Shown here: piece after piece, positions 21,781 through 31,897 of the stretch
Position numbering within the stretch: position 1 is the stretch's first letter
Layout: every line of letters starts with the position of its first letter
The notes under the pieces: model-generated
Databases searched by the model: none
The model's input: the letters and a program-made list of their open reading frames with translations, nothing else
What the model was told of the DNA's origin: nothing
Assembly (NCBI GenBank): GCA_965224245.1
Contig: OZ245046.1
Coordinates: forward strand, 3,424,001-3,488,000
DNA: 64,000 nt
Direction: 5' to 3'
From: Candidatus Eiseniibacteriota bacterium
GTDB taxonomy: Bacteria; Eisenbacteria; RBG-16-71-46; CAZAMP01
Program-made: the position numbers and the translations under genes

Positions 21781-24120
21781 ATGAGCCGAGCCCCGTTCGT
21801 CGTCGTGCTGGCGTCGCTCCTCGCGGCTGCCGTGTCGGAGGCCGATCCGAGCCCGAGCCTCCAGCTGGGCACCCTTCCCCACCGGGCCGGTGAGGCGCCC
21901 TGGCGGATCGCGGTCCCGATCGACGACGTCGTCGTGGCGTTCGACGCGTCCGACGTCCGTCTGGCCGTGCGACCCTCGCCCGTGGACGATCGCGCGTGGC
22001 TCGTGTTCACCGCGAACGGGGTCGGTCCGGCCAGCGGCCTCCTTCGCGTCCGGGACGCGGACGGTGGCGTGCGCGCGATCGCGGTGGCCGCGGACGTGGC
22101 CGACGTCTCCGAGTTCGACGGGCTCCTGCTCCGCGGGACCGAGCCGGGCGACGTCATCGAACGCTACCTCCGGCCCGGCGACGCTCGGATCGACCGGATC
22201 GACCTGGCGCGCGCCCGGATCGCGACCGTGAGCGCGGCGTCCGCGACGACCGGTCCCGCCGACGACGACGCCGGGTGGCTCCACGTCCGCGTCCAGCTCC
22301 AGAGCGGCGTCGGCGAGTGCGACGGCGTCCTGCGCGGCACCGACGCGCGGGGGCCGGTCGCGGTGCCGGTGCACGTGTCGCTCCTCGAGTCGATCACGGT
22401 GCTCGGGGGCGCATCGCTCGCCACCGGCTTCGTGCCGCGCCGGGTGAGGCCCATCGAGGAGCGCCTCCTCGGCTCCCGCTACGCCGCTCGGGTGGGCATC
22501 CTGGGACGCCGTGGCGACATGAGGCTGCTGCGGATCCTCGCCGCGACGGCCGACCCGGAGGGCCTGCAGCTGACGACACGCGGGTTCTTCGACGTCGCCG
22601 AGGGCCCATCGCCCACCGATCGCGTGCACCTGTCCCGCCTCCGACACCTCGGCGGCGACGTCACCGGCTCGCGCTTGCTGACGCTCAGCCCCGGACAGGC
22701 GGCGGTGTTCGATCCGATCGAGGGTCTCGTCGCGCGTCACACCGACCCGCTTCTCGCGCGTCTGGGCGCGGCGTGCTCCAGTCGGCTCGCGCGCAACCGC
22801 GTCTTCGCCATCACCGGCGACGGCGGTGGCGAGTGGTTCCTGGCCAGCTTCCGGGCACGGCAGAGTCCCGGCGGCACCGAGCTGCGCGGCACCCGGTACG
22901 AACCGTCGCTGCAGGAGCTTCTCGGGCGACCCCAGCTGTTCGTCGGCGACCTCGCGCCCATCCGTTACCGCCTGGGCGCGCGACTTCACGAGCGGCTCCT
23001 GGTCGGGGTCGGGACCGAGAGCGGCCAGCTCCGGCTCGTCGAGCTCGCCCGCAACGGCGCCACGATCGCGGGTCGCGTGCGCCATGCCCTCGAGGTCGGC
23101 GATCCATCGGTGCTGCCGGACGTACGGCTGACCCGGCTCCCGTCCCGGCGGGTCGGATCCGCCGGGCTGCCGGCGCGGGTACGCGTGATCGTGCCGCGGC
23201 AGGAGCTCCGGGTCCTCTCGGTGAACGAGCCGGGGAGCTGGACGCGTCTGGGGCGCGAGAGCATCGGAAGCACCGCGGCCGGAACCGGCGTGGCGCTGGC
23301 GCGTCAGAGCTTCCTCATCGGCGGTCCCGACGGCCGGGGCGGCACCGACCTGATCCGCTACGCGGTCGACGGCGGAGCCCTCGTGGCACGTGCGCTCGGC
23401 AGCCTGCCCGAGGTCGCCGCGCGGCACTATCGAGCATCGGGGCGCCGCGAGCACGCCTGGCTCGTGGGCACCGACCCGCGCGGCGGCGGGCAGGTGCGGT
23501 TCGTCACGAACGGCCTCGCCGCCGGGACCAATCTCCCGCCGATCGTGGATGCCGGAGCCGACTTCCGGACCACGGAGTCTCGCGTCCGTCTGCGCGCCCG
23601 TCCGCGTGACGCGAACGGGGACCCGATCTCGGTCCGCTGGTTCGGTGAGGGCGTCGAGTTCACCGATCGCTTTGCGCGGCGCACGTTCGCGTTCGTGCGC
23701 CCGGGACGCACGCAGGTGGGCGTAATGGCCCGCGAGAGTGGCGTCGCCACCGCGGGGATCGCGCTCGAGGACGTCGATGCGCTCGTCGTCCGCTTCGACG
23801 ACGTGCTCGCCGCCGACTCCGGCGATGCGGGGACAGCGGGCCTGGCCACCGCGCTGGGCCGACCCGAGCCGAACCCCGCGAGCGCGCACACGACGCTCCC
23901 GTTCACGCTCGCCTCCGGGACCCGCGTGCGCATCGACGTGTTCGACGTGACGGGACGGCGCGTGCGAGAGCTCCTCGACGACCACCTCGGGGCGGGCGGC
24001 CACGACGTCGCCTGGGACGGCGCGCTCGCCGACGGCACCGCCGCGCCCAACGGCGTGTACTGGGTTCGGCTGCGGGCCGGCGATCGATCCTCCGAGCGAC
24101 GCGTCGTGCTGACCCGGTGA
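21781..24120 (+). CDS. Secreted hypothetical protein with PKD-like module and FlgD-Ig/T9SS-like CTD
   Basis: Signal peptide; NLPPIVDAGAD..DANGDPISVRW; PNP..VFDVTGRRVREL..WDG..GVYW. Confidence 0.75.
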   Translation: MSRAPFVVVLASLLAAAVSEADPSPSLQLGTLPHRAGEAPWRIAVPIDDVVVAFDASDVRLAVRPSPVDDRAWLVFTANGVGPASGLLRVRDADGGVRAIAVAADVADVSEFDGLLLRGTEPGDVIERYLRPGDARIDRIDLARARIATVSAASATTGPADDDAGWLHVRVQLQSGVGECDGVLRGTDARGPVAVPVHVSLLESITVLGGASLATGFVPRRVRPIEERLLGSRYAARVGILGRRGDMRLLRILAATADPEGLQLTTRGFFDVAEGPSPTDRVHLSRLRHLGGDVTGSRLLTLSPGQAAVFDPIEGLVARHTDPLLARLGAACSSRLARNRVFAITGDGGGEWFLASFRARQSPGGTELRGTRYEPSLQELLGRPQLFVGDLAPIRYRLGARLHERLLVGVGTESGQLRLVELARNGATIAGRVRHALEVGDPSVLPDVRLTRLPSRRVGSAGLPARVRVIVPRQELRVLSVNEPGSWTRLGRESIGSTAAGTGVALARQSFLIGGPDGRGGTDLIRYAVDGGALVARALGSLPEVAARHYRASGRREHAWLVGTDPRGGGQVRFVTNGLAAGTNLPPIVDAGADFRTTESRVRLRARPRDANGDPISVRWFGEGVEFTDRFARRTFAFVRPGRTQVGVMARESGVATAGIALEDVDALVVRFDDVLAADSGDAGTAGLATALGRPEPNPASAHTTLPFTLASGTRVRIDVFDVTGRRVRELLDDHLGAGGHDVAWDGALADGTAAPNGVYWVRLRAGDRSSERRVVLTR

Positions 24121-25562
24121 CCGCGCGCTCTCGCCGCGGCTTCCTGGCCGCGGGCGTGCGCGCGGCGCTGGGCCTCTCGCTCGCCGGCGTGTCCGGTGTG
24201 AACGCGCGGGGACTCGGGGTGGGGGGCCGCGCGAACGGCGAGCCAGAAGCCTCCGCGCGGACGGCCGCCGGCGCGGGAACGCCCGGCGACCCGCGGGATC
24301 TCGCGGGGCCGGAGCCGGAGTACGCCGCTGCCCTCGACGAGCTGCTCTGCGTCTACGATCAGGTGCGCGCCTCGCACCTCCTGCGCGAGATCGTCGAGAT
24401 CGTCCGCCACGCGTCCGACGCCACGCGCCTTCACGTTCTGGTCTCGCCCGCGCTGCGGGACGAGGCCGAGGCCCGCTTCTCGGCGCACGGCGTCGGCAAT
24501 CTCCGCATCGTGCCCATCGAGGCCGAGTCCCTGTCGGGTAGCTGGGGCCGCGACATCCTGCAGGTGACGCGGTCGGGGCGCGGGCGCCGGATCGCGCACG
24601 TACCGTGGCACAAGCAGGCGACCACGCGCGAGGAGCTCCGCGAGTCCGAGGTCCGGCTGGCTCCCCTCGCCCACGACGACCTCGACGTCCGCCTGCTGCC
24701 CGCGGCGTTCGAGGGCGGGAATCTGATGGCCGATCGCACCTCGGAGGGCCGCCGGGTGCTCTTCGCCGGCTCGACGATCGCCGTCGAGACGAGAGCGCTC
24801 TACCAACGCTGGTACGACTCGACGATCGGCTCGGCCGACGTGGCACGCGTGCTCGCGGACGGCCTGGGAGTGGACGAGGTGGTCTGGATCGGTCCTCGCG
24901 ATCGATCCGGACACCTCGCTCGCCAGCCTCGTCTCCTCTTTCACGTCGACATGGGCATGACCCTCGTGGCGCCGGGCACCGCCGTCGTCGCACGGATGGA
25001 CCCCGAGGCCCCCTGGCCGAGCGCGCATCGCGAGCTGATCGCGGCCGAGCTCGCCCGGACGCGTGAGGCGCTCGAGCGCCGCCGGCGTCTCGGGGTCCCG
25101 ATCGACTCGCTCGCGGCGGTGCCCGCCGCGGCCGCCACGGACTCGGTCGTGGCCGCGCGCGAGCTCGAGGAACGCCGCGCGCTCGCGGACGCGGCCGCGC
25201 ACCTCGAGGACACGGCCACGCGCCTGTCCGATCGGGGCTACCGGGTCCATCGGCTCGACACCGAGCCCGAGCGCGCGAGGCGCTTCCAGTCGTACGTGAA
25301 CGTCATCCCGTCGCGGGATCGGCTGATCGTTCCGATTTACCCGTCGATCGACCGGGTTCACGGGTGGGTCGTTCCCGGGCGTGGTGGGCGCGATCGTGTC
25401 GACCTCGAGCTCGGGCTGCGCGACAGCGCGTTCGCGCTGGAGGGGGGGAACCTGGCCGCGCTGGAGCTGTTCCGAACGCTTCATCCCGACGTTCGGCTCG
25501 TGCGGGACTACTTCTTTCTGGCCAGCGGAAACGTGCACTGCGTGATCGGTCGCGTCGGCTGA
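24117..25562 (+). CDS. Tat-exported agmatine deiminase/peptidylarginine deiminase-like (pentein) enzyme
   Basis: SRRGFL Tat motif; WGRD, EGGN, HVD, SYVN, GNVHC catalytic-type motifs; GTGA overlap. Confidence 0.75.
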   Translation: MTARSRRGFLAAGVRAALGLSLAGVSGVNARGLGVGGRANGEPEASARTAAGAGTPGDPRDLAGPEPEYAAALDELLCVYDQVRASHLLREIVEIVRHASDATRLHVLVSPALRDEAEARFSAHGVGNLRIVPIEAESLSGSWGRDILQVTRSGRGRRIAHVPWHKQATTREELRESEVRLAPLAHDDLDVRLLPAAFEGGNLMADRTSEGRRVLFAGSTIAVETRALYQRWYDSTIGSADVARVLADGLGVDEVVWIGPRDRSGHLARQPRLLFHVDMGMTLVAPGTAVVARMDPEAPWPSAHRELIAAELARTREALERRRRLGVPIDSLAAVPAAAATDSVVAARELEERRALADAAAHLEDTATRLSDRGYRVHRLDTEPERARRFQSYVNVIPSRDRLIVPIYPSIDRVHGWVVPGRGGRDRVDLELGLRDSAFALEGGNLAALELFRTLHPDVRLVRDYFFLASGNVHCVIGRVG

Positions 25563-25630
25563 CGAACGACCGGTCGAGCGGACACCGCGATCGACTCCGA
25601 AATCCTCGCGTTCCGACCGAATCCGACCGG

Positions 25631-25654
25631 AATGATGCAGTTGCACCATGGCGA
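25631..25654 (+). promoter_or_regulatory. Third copy of motif: AATGATGCAGTTGCACCATGGCGA
   Basis: 17/20 match to the 2238-2257 palindrome; same polarity relative to the downstream gene. Confidence 0.6.
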
Positions 25655-25794
25655 AACCGCTCCTTCCTCTGGTTGAATCGGCGTCGATCGCGGCCCGAGC
25701 AACGTGAGCAGTCCATCCCGTCCGGCTGCGCGCCCGTTCCGCTGCCGCCCCGCGTTCCGCCAGACTCGCCCGTCTCGAATGTGGGAGGTACGCC

Positions 25795-26376
25795 ATGAGA
25801 CGTCTCGTGACCGCGGGCGCGCTGGTCGGCGCGCTCACGCTCGTTGCGGCATCGGCGCCGCGCGGGGAAGTGATCGACTGTGCCGCCAGCACGTTCCCCG
25901 ACTGCATCCGCGTCTGTCCCGAGGGCGACGTGGACCTGCCGGTCACGCTGGTCGGTACGAGCGGCAACCCGATCGCGGGTGCCGTGGTTCGCCTGATCGT
26001 GTCCGCGATGTGCACGTACACGGGAACTGACGGGGTGCTGCCGTGCCCCGGCGCGGCCTATCCGGTCGTGACCGGCGTGACCGATGCCTCGGGTCGGGTC
26101 GACTTCTCGCTTCCGTGGAGCGGGTGCTGCAGCGGATCGGGCGCCGTCTCGATGGAGGTGGATCCGGGCGCGGTGGTGTGCGTCAGCTACGACTCGATCG
26201 GGTCGGTCGACTCGCACTATCCGCTGGACGGAGTCGTCGGGCTGGCCGACTTCGTCGTCTTCCAGATGGCGTTCCTGAGCACCGACACCTGTCACGACTA
26301 CTACGGGTGCGACGACTTCGTGGCGCTGGCCGACTTCGTCGTCTTCCAGACGCACTTCCTGCACGCGTGCCCGTGA
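25795..26376 (+). CDS. Secreted Cys-rich protein with duplicated dockerin/EF-hand-like C-terminus
   Basis: Signal peptide; 11 Cys; DGVVGLADFVVFQ / DDFVALADFVVFQ; GGAGG RBS. Confidence 0.75.
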   Translation: MRRLVTAGALVGALTLVAASAPRGEVIDCAASTFPDCIRVCPEGDVDLPVTLVGTSGNPIAGAVVRLIVSAMCTYTGTDGVLPCPGAAYPVVTGVTDASGRVDFSLPWSGCCSGSGAVSMEVDPGAVVCVSYDSIGSVDSHYPLDGVVGLADFVVFQMAFLSTDTCHDYYGCDDFVALADFVVFQTHFLHACP

Positions 26377-26514
26377 TCGGAGACCCCGACGCGTGATGCG
26401 CCGCGTGGCCCGGTGCGTCGCCGTGCCGCGCGGCCGCCTCGTCCTCCGGGACCGAGTTCGCGGACGCCTCGACGGTGGGCCCGGCCGGGGGGATCCGATC
26501 AGCCTGGGGGCGGT

Positions 26515-27267
26515 CTAGCTGGAGCGTCGCGACCGGCGGCGCAGCACGCCGATACCGGCCAGCCCCAGACCGAAGAGCGCGACCGTCCCCGGCTCGGGAA
26601 CCGGCTCTCCGATCGGCGTACCGGTGAACAGGAAGTCCCCGCGCTCGGCGCCGTCGAAGTCGAGCCAGCCGTCGGCGACGAGGGCCCCGGCGTACTCCGG
26701 GAAGTCCTCCAGACGGTAGCCGTTGTCGGCGAACCGGAACGAGTACGGATGGTCGCCCTGCTTGTCGGTCAACAGGATCGGCATGCGAGCGGTGTTCCCG
26801 CCCACGTCGAACAGGGGTGTGATCGAGCCGTTGTTCGCGGCATCCTCGGCCCCGATCCGGACGTTGGCCCCGTCGTCGCCCGACACGATGTTGACCCGGT
26901 ACGTGAAGTCGACGCTCCAGTATCCCAGCCACGGGTCTCCGAAGTAGCCGAGCCCGCGGTCGAGCCCGCCGTACACCGTTCCGAAGATCCGGACGGTGTC
27001 GTCGCCGAGCGAGCCGTCGCCCGCCGTGCCGCCGTCGTCGTATCGCAGCTTCATGTCGGTGCCGGCGCGCTCGTTGAAGTCGAACGTGAACCGGTCGATG
27101 TACGGCGTGACGTCGTAGAGCTCGTCGAGCCGCATGCCGTAGATCGGGGGTGCCAGCGAGCCGTCCGGATGGTTCGCGAGCTGAAAGAAGTACTGGGTCG
27201 CATCCGCCGTCGTGGACGACGTCAGGATCAGAGCCGAGACGGCCGCGAGCCGCGTGAGTCCGTTCAT
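26515..27267 (-). CDS. PEP-CTERM sorting domain protein
   Basis: Signal peptide; VPEPGTVALFGLGLAGIGVLRRRSRR C-terminus. Confidence 0.93.
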   Translation of the reverse strand: MNGLTRLAAVSALILTSSTTADATQYFFQLANHPDGSLAPPIYGMRLDELYDVTPYIDRFTFDFNERAGTDMKLRYDDGGTAGDGSLGDDTVRIFGTVYGGLDRGLGYFGDPWLGYWSVDFTYRVNIVSGDDGANVRIGAEDAANNGSITPLFDVGGNTARMPILLTDKQGDHPYSFRFADNGYRLEDFPEYAGALVADGWLDFDGAERGDFLFTGTPIGEPVPEPGTVALFGLGLAGIGVLRRRSRRSS

Positions 27268-27323
27268 CGTGGTGCTCCGTCGAAGGGGTCACCGCCGAGA
27301 CGTGCTCGGGGCACCCGGTCTCC

Positions 27324-27459
27324 GTGCAGGCGCCGAGCCCCGTGCGTGCGCACCGTCACCGGGGAGTCGCACGAGCCGGGCATCCATCATCCATGTCGCC
27401 CTGCGCGGATGGGATTTGTAACGTACAGTTTACGATATGGGTCGCGGATGGGCTTGTAA
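27324..27459 (-). promoter_or_regulatory. Putative sigma54 promoter (GG-N10-GC) with upstream direct-repeat enhancer-like sites
   Basis: GGGCTCG-GCGC-CTGCA near 27325-27340; repeats cgcggatggg(at/c)ttgtaa at 27404-27421 and 27443-27459. Confidence 0.45.
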
Positions 27460-27491
27460 AGCGGTGAATCGACAATCGTTCGGTTCCCGGC

Positions 27492-30400
27492 TCACGCGTC
27501 GGCGGGGCCGCCCGGGGCAGCCACCTCGGCCCGTCGCAGCCTCGCGACCAGCCGGGAGACGTGCTGTGGCGACCGTGTCCGTCGGGCCAGGACGGCGTAC
27601 ACCGCCGGCACCGAGAACACCGTCAGGGCCGCCGAGATCGCCACGCCGAACACGACCACGATCCCGATCGGCTGTCGCGACTCCGCCCCCGCCCCGGTGG
27701 CCAGCAGGAGCGGGAGCGCCCCGAACGTCGTGCACGCGCTCGTCATCAGGATCGGGCGGAGCCGCACCGACGCGGCATCCGCGATCGCGTCCTCGAACGG
27801 CAGTCCGCGATCGCGGAGCTGGTTCGCGAACTCCACGATCAGGACCCCGTTCTTGGCCGCGAGCCCGATCAGCAGGATGGCGCCGATCTGGGTGAAGACG
27901 TTCACGGTGGCGCCGAGGATCCAGAGCCCCGCGAGCGCCCCCGTCAGCGCCAGGGGCACCGTGACCAGGATGACCACGGGGTGTACGAAGCTCTCGAACT
28001 GTGCCGCCAGCACCAGGAACACGATCACCAGCGCCAGCCCGAACGTGAAGTAGAGGTTGCTGCCGGAGCTCCGGAACTCGCGGGCCTCCCCGTCCCAGTC
28101 GATGCGGGCGCTGGCGGGCAGCACCTCGTGTGCGCGCGCCCCCAGCCGATCGACGGCCGTCCCCAGGCTCACGCCCTCGCCGAGAGCGGCCTCCACCTTG
28201 ATCGCGCGCATGCGATCGAAGCGCCCGAGCTGATCGGGCCCGGCCCGCTCGTCGAGCGTCACCAGGTTGGCCAGCGGCACGAGCTCCCCTGCCGACGAGC
28301 GGACGTACAGGTTCGTGAGGTCGTCCGGGCTCTGGCGATCCTGGCTCTCGCCCTGGAGGATCACGTCGTACTCGCGACCGCGATCCACGTACGTCGTGAC
28401 CGTCCGCGAGCCGAGCATCGTCTCCAGCGTCCGGCCGACGGTCCCCAGCGAGACCCCGAGCGCGGCCGCGCGGTCGCGATCGACACGCACCTGCATCTGC
28501 GGCTTCCGCTCCTGGTAGTCGCTGTCGACGTTCACGAGCTCGGGCATCTCCTCCATCGCGGCCACGAGGAGATCGCGCCACTCGGCGAGCTGGGCGTAGT
28601 CGGGGCCCCCGAGCACGAGCTCCACCGGACGTCCGTCACCACGGATTCCCAGGCTCTGGGGCGTCACCACGTTGGCACGAACGCCGGGCAGCTCGCCGAG
28701 CTTCCGCCGGATCCTCCCCGCGATCTCCTCGGCGCTCTCGCGGCGCTCGCCCCAGGGCTTCAGGATGACGATGCAGCGGGCGGTGTTGACCGCCCCGGTA
28801 GAGCCGAAGCTGGCCGGCACGCGCACGAGCGTGCGCAGGACCGGCCCGTCGGGCCCCGCCTCCTCCATGACGATGTCTTCCATCCGGCGGGCGTAGCGAT
28901 CGGTGTACTCGAAGCTCGCGCCCTCCGGCCCGCGAATCGACATGAAGAAGACGCCGCGGTCCTCCTTCGGCGCGTACTCGGACGGCAGGAGGCGTACGCC
29001 CACGACGGCCAGCCCCGTCATCACCAGGCTTCCGGCGAGCACCCACCCCGGCCGCCGCACGACGCGCGCGACCGCCGCCCGATAGCGGCCGGTCAGCCAC
29101 CGGAAGAACCGGTCGATACGCAGCGTCAGGCCCGCGGGACGCTCGTGCCCCTCGAAGAGCCGCGAGCACATCATCGGCGAGAGCGTCAGCGCGACGAGGC
29201 TCGAGAACATGACCGCGGCCGCCAGCGACAGCCCGAACTCGTTGAAGAGGCGTCCCACGTCTCCCTTGATGAACGAGATCGGCACGAACACGGCGATGAG
29301 AACCGCCGTCGTCGCGATGACGGCGAAGCCGATCTCCTGGGACCCCTCGAGCGCGGCCAGGAGCGGTGGCCGGCCGTCCTCGATCCGGCGGTAGATGTTC
29401 TCGAGGACCACGATCGCATCGTCGACGACGAGCCCGATCGCCAGCACGAGCCCCAGGAGCGTGAGCGTGTTCACGGTGTATCCGAGGGCCGCCATGACGA
29501 TGAACGTCGCCACCACCGAGACCGGCACCACCACGGCCGGGACGAGCGTCGCGCGGACGTTTCCCAGGAACAGCCAGATCACCACGAGCACGAGGAAGAT
29601 CGAGAACGCGAGCGCCTTGTAGACCTCGATCATCGACGCCTCGATGAACTCGGCGCGATCGTAGTTCAGCTCCAGGCGCATATCCTCGGGCAGATCGGCG
29701 TTGACCCGCGCCATCTCCTCCCGGACGCCGTGCGACACGTCCACCGTGTTCGCGGTCGAGAGCTGCTCGATGGCCAGCGACACCGCCGGGATGCCGTTCG
29801 CGCGGGCCAGGTTGCGCTCGTTCTCGGCACCCAGGCGCACGTCGGCGACCGCGGCCAGCCGCACGAGCTGACCGTCGGCCCCCCGTCCCACCACCAGCCG
29901 GCGGAAGTCCTCGGGAGACGAGAACCCGGTGTCGGTCCGGAGCGTGAACTCGCGCTCGCGGGACTCGAGACGGCCCGCCGGAAGCTCGACGTTCTCGGCC
30001 CGGAGCGCCGACTCGACGTCCCCGACGGTGAGGCCGTGCGCGGCCAGGAGCTCGCGATCGAGCCAGATGCGCATGGCGTATTGCCGCGCCCCCGAGATGC
30101 GCACGCGTGCCACGCCGGGCACGCTGGAGAAGCGATCGGTCAGGAAGCGCTCGGCATGGTCGGTGATCTCGAGCCCGGACATCACGTCGGACGTGAGATT
30201 GAGGTACATCACCGCCCGCGTGTCGTTGTCCACCTTGGCGATCTGGGGCGGATCGGCCTCGGGTGGGAGCTGATCGAGCACCCGCGAGACGCGATCGCGG
30301 ATGTCGTTCGCGGCCTCGTCGACGTCGCGCGAGAGGCTGAACTCGATGCGGATCTCCGACTGCTCGTCGCTCGACGAGGACGTGAGCTTCTCGATGCCCT

Positions 30401-30623
30401 CCAGGCCGGCGATCCGGTCCTCGATCACCTGCGTGACCTTCGTCTCGACCACCTCCGCGGACGCGCCGCGGTAGCTCGTCTCGATCGAGACGACCGGTGG
30501 ATCGATGTCCGGGTACTGCCGAACCGGCAGCCCCACGAGAGCCGCCAGCCCGAGGATCACCAGGAGAAGCGAGATCACGGTGGCGAAGACCGGTCGGCGG
30601 ACGGACAGATCGGAGAGGATCAT
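27492..30623 (-). CDS. RND efflux transporter permease (AcrB/MdtB family)
   Basis: SVRRPVFA, AIGLVVDDAIVVLENI, GLAAKNGVLIVEFA, RLRPILMT. Confidence 0.97.
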   Translation of the reverse strand: MILSDLSVRRPVFATVISLLLVILGLAALVGLPVRQYPDIDPPVVSIETSYRGASAEVVETKVTQVIEDRIAGLEGIEKLTSSSSDEQSEIRIEFSLSRDVDEAANDIRDRVSRVLDQLPPEADPPQIAKVDNDTRAVMYLNLTSDVMSGLEITDHAERFLTDRFSSVPGVARVRISGARQYAMRIWLDRELLAAHGLTVGDVESALRAENVELPAGRLESREREFTLRTDTGFSSPEDFRRLVVGRGADGQLVRLAAVADVRLGAENERNLARANGIPAVSLAIEQLSTANTVDVSHGVREEMARVNADLPEDMRLELNYDRAEFIEASMIEVYKALAFSIFLVLVVIWLFLGNVRATLVPAVVVPVSVVATFIVMAALGYTVNTLTLLGLVLAIGLVVDDAIVVLENIYRRIEDGRPPLLAALEGSQEIGFAVIATTAVLIAVFVPISFIKGDVGRLFNEFGLSLAAAVMFSSLVALTLSPMMCSRLFEGHERPAGLTLRIDRFFRWLTGRYRAAVARVVRRPGWVLAGSLVMTGLAVVGVRLLPSEYAPKEDRGVFFMSIRGPEGASFEYTDRYARRMEDIVMEEAGPDGPVLRTLVRVPASFGSTGAVNTARCIVILKPWGERRESAEEIAGRIRRKLGELPGVRANVVTPQSLGIRGDGRPVELVLGGPDYAQLAEWRDLLVAAMEEMPELVNVDSDYQERKPQMQVRVDRDRAAALGVSLGTVGRTLETMLGSRTVTTYVDRGREYDVILQGESQDRQSPDDLTNLYVRSSAGELVPLANLVTLDERAGPDQLGRFDRMRAIKVEAALGEGVSLGTAVDRLGARAHEVLPASARIDWDGEAREFRSSGSNLYFTFGLALVIVFLVLAAQFESFVHPVVILVTVPLALTGALAGLWILGATVNVFTQIGAILLIGLAAKNGVLIVEFANQLRDRGLPFEDAIADAASVRLRPILMTSACTTFGALPLLLATGAGAESRQPIGIVVVFGVAISAALTVFSVPAVYAVLARRTRSPQHVSRLVARLRRAEVAAPGGPADA

Positions 30624-31669
30624 CCGCCGGTCCCGGCGTCCCCGAGCACGCGCACGACCATGCCCGGGCGGACCTTCTGCGTGCCCTCGATCACGACGCG
30701 CTCATCGGCCCCCAGCCCGTGCACGATCTCGACCTGGCCCACGCGCCGCCGACCGACCCGGACCTCGCGCTTCTCGACCGCGTTGCCCTGGCCGACGACG
30801 AACACGAACTGCCGGCTCTGCTCGGGCACCAGTGCCTGCTCGGGTACCACGAGGACCTCGGCGTCCTCCCCACGCACGCGGACGCTCAGGAACATGCCCG
30901 GGCGCAACAGGCCCTTCGGGTTCGGCATCCGGGCGCGAACGGCGACCGTCCGGCTGACGCGATCCACGCGCGTGTCCACGGTCTCGACCCGTCCCGCGAA
31001 GACCGTGTCCGGCCAGGCGGCGCTCGTGGCCTCGATCGGGAGCCCGGGAGCGAGCCGTGACAGCGCCGTCTCGGGCACGTCGAAGTCGACGTTCATCGTC
31101 TCGGTGTCGTCGAGCGTCGTGATCACGACCGAGGGACCGACGAGGCTCCCCAGGCTGACCCGGCGGAGCCCCACCCGCCCCGCGAAGGGCGCGCGCACCA
31201 CCGTCTCGGCCAGTCTCGCCTCGGCCGCGTCCAGGGCGGCCCGGTCCGCGTCGCGCCGGGCGGCCAGCGGCTCGAGCTCCGCCTCGGACACGAGCTCGGA
31301 GCGGAAGAGCTCCTGTGCCCGCGCGTACTTGCTCTCGGAGTCGACCAGCGCGGCCTTCGCGGCGGCCACCGCGGCCAGCGCCTGAGCATCCTCCAGCTCC
31401 ACGAGGATCTGCCCGGCATCCACGCGGGCCCCCTCGGTGAAGTGAATGGCGGTGAGGGTCTCGGTGATCTGAGGTCGGATCTCGACCGACTCGTTCGCCC
31501 GCGCGGTGCCGAGCCCCTCGACGACGCTCGGAAACGGCACGAGGCGCGCATCGGCGACGACCACGCGCGGCCCGTCCTGCGCGGAGGTGGGGTCCGCCGA
31601 GAGCGCCCACGCGAGCGCCGGAGCGAGGCACCGGCATGCAAGACGGTGGTATCGAAGCGGCAATCGCAC
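30620..31669 (-). CDS. RND efflux periplasmic adaptor (MFP)
   Basis: VRAPFAGRVG, LRPGMF, VPEQAL, GTQKVRPG; GGAGG before GTG 31669. Confidence 0.92.
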   Translation of the reverse strand: MRLPLRYHRLACRCLAPALAWALSADPTSAQDGPRVVVADARLVPFPSVVEGLGTARANESVEIRPQITETLTAIHFTEGARVDAGQILVELEDAQALAAVAAAKAALVDSESKYARAQELFRSELVSEAELEPLAARRDADRAALDAAEARLAETVVRAPFAGRVGLRRVSLGSLVGPSVVITTLDDTETMNVDFDVPETALSRLAPGLPIEATSAAWPDTVFAGRVETVDTRVDRVSRTVAVRARMPNPKGLLRPGMFLSVRVRGEDAEVLVVPEQALVPEQSRQFVFVVGQGNAVEKREVRVGRRRVGQVEIVHGLGADERVVIEGTQKVRPGMVVRVLGDAGTGG

Positions 31670-31897
31670 GCGGCTCGTCCCTCCTCGAGAGTCGTCTCGG
31701 CGCACGCCGACCGGCGCGCGGGGATGATCGGCATGACCGTCACGGCTCGGGAGACGCGAGCGCCGCCACGAGTGCGCGTACCGGTGACTCCTCGGTACCC
31801 CCCGACGCACGATTCGTTCCCGGAGAAACGCCGGACCGGGAGTGTAGGACGTCCCGCCGGCAGGTGCATCGCGTTTCGACCGCCCGCCGCGGCGGCG

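Noticed and set aside
21703-24993. Very long opposite-strand or alternate-frame ORFs (also 27561-31385, 34209-37388, 42419-46123, 53535-56162)
   Set aside because: Arg/Gly/Ala-rich shadows of real genes, expected at ~70% GC; no recognisable motifs
26241-26350. 26-bp direct repeat as a mini-CRISPR
   Set aside because: Only two copies, in frame within a CDS, and no cas genes
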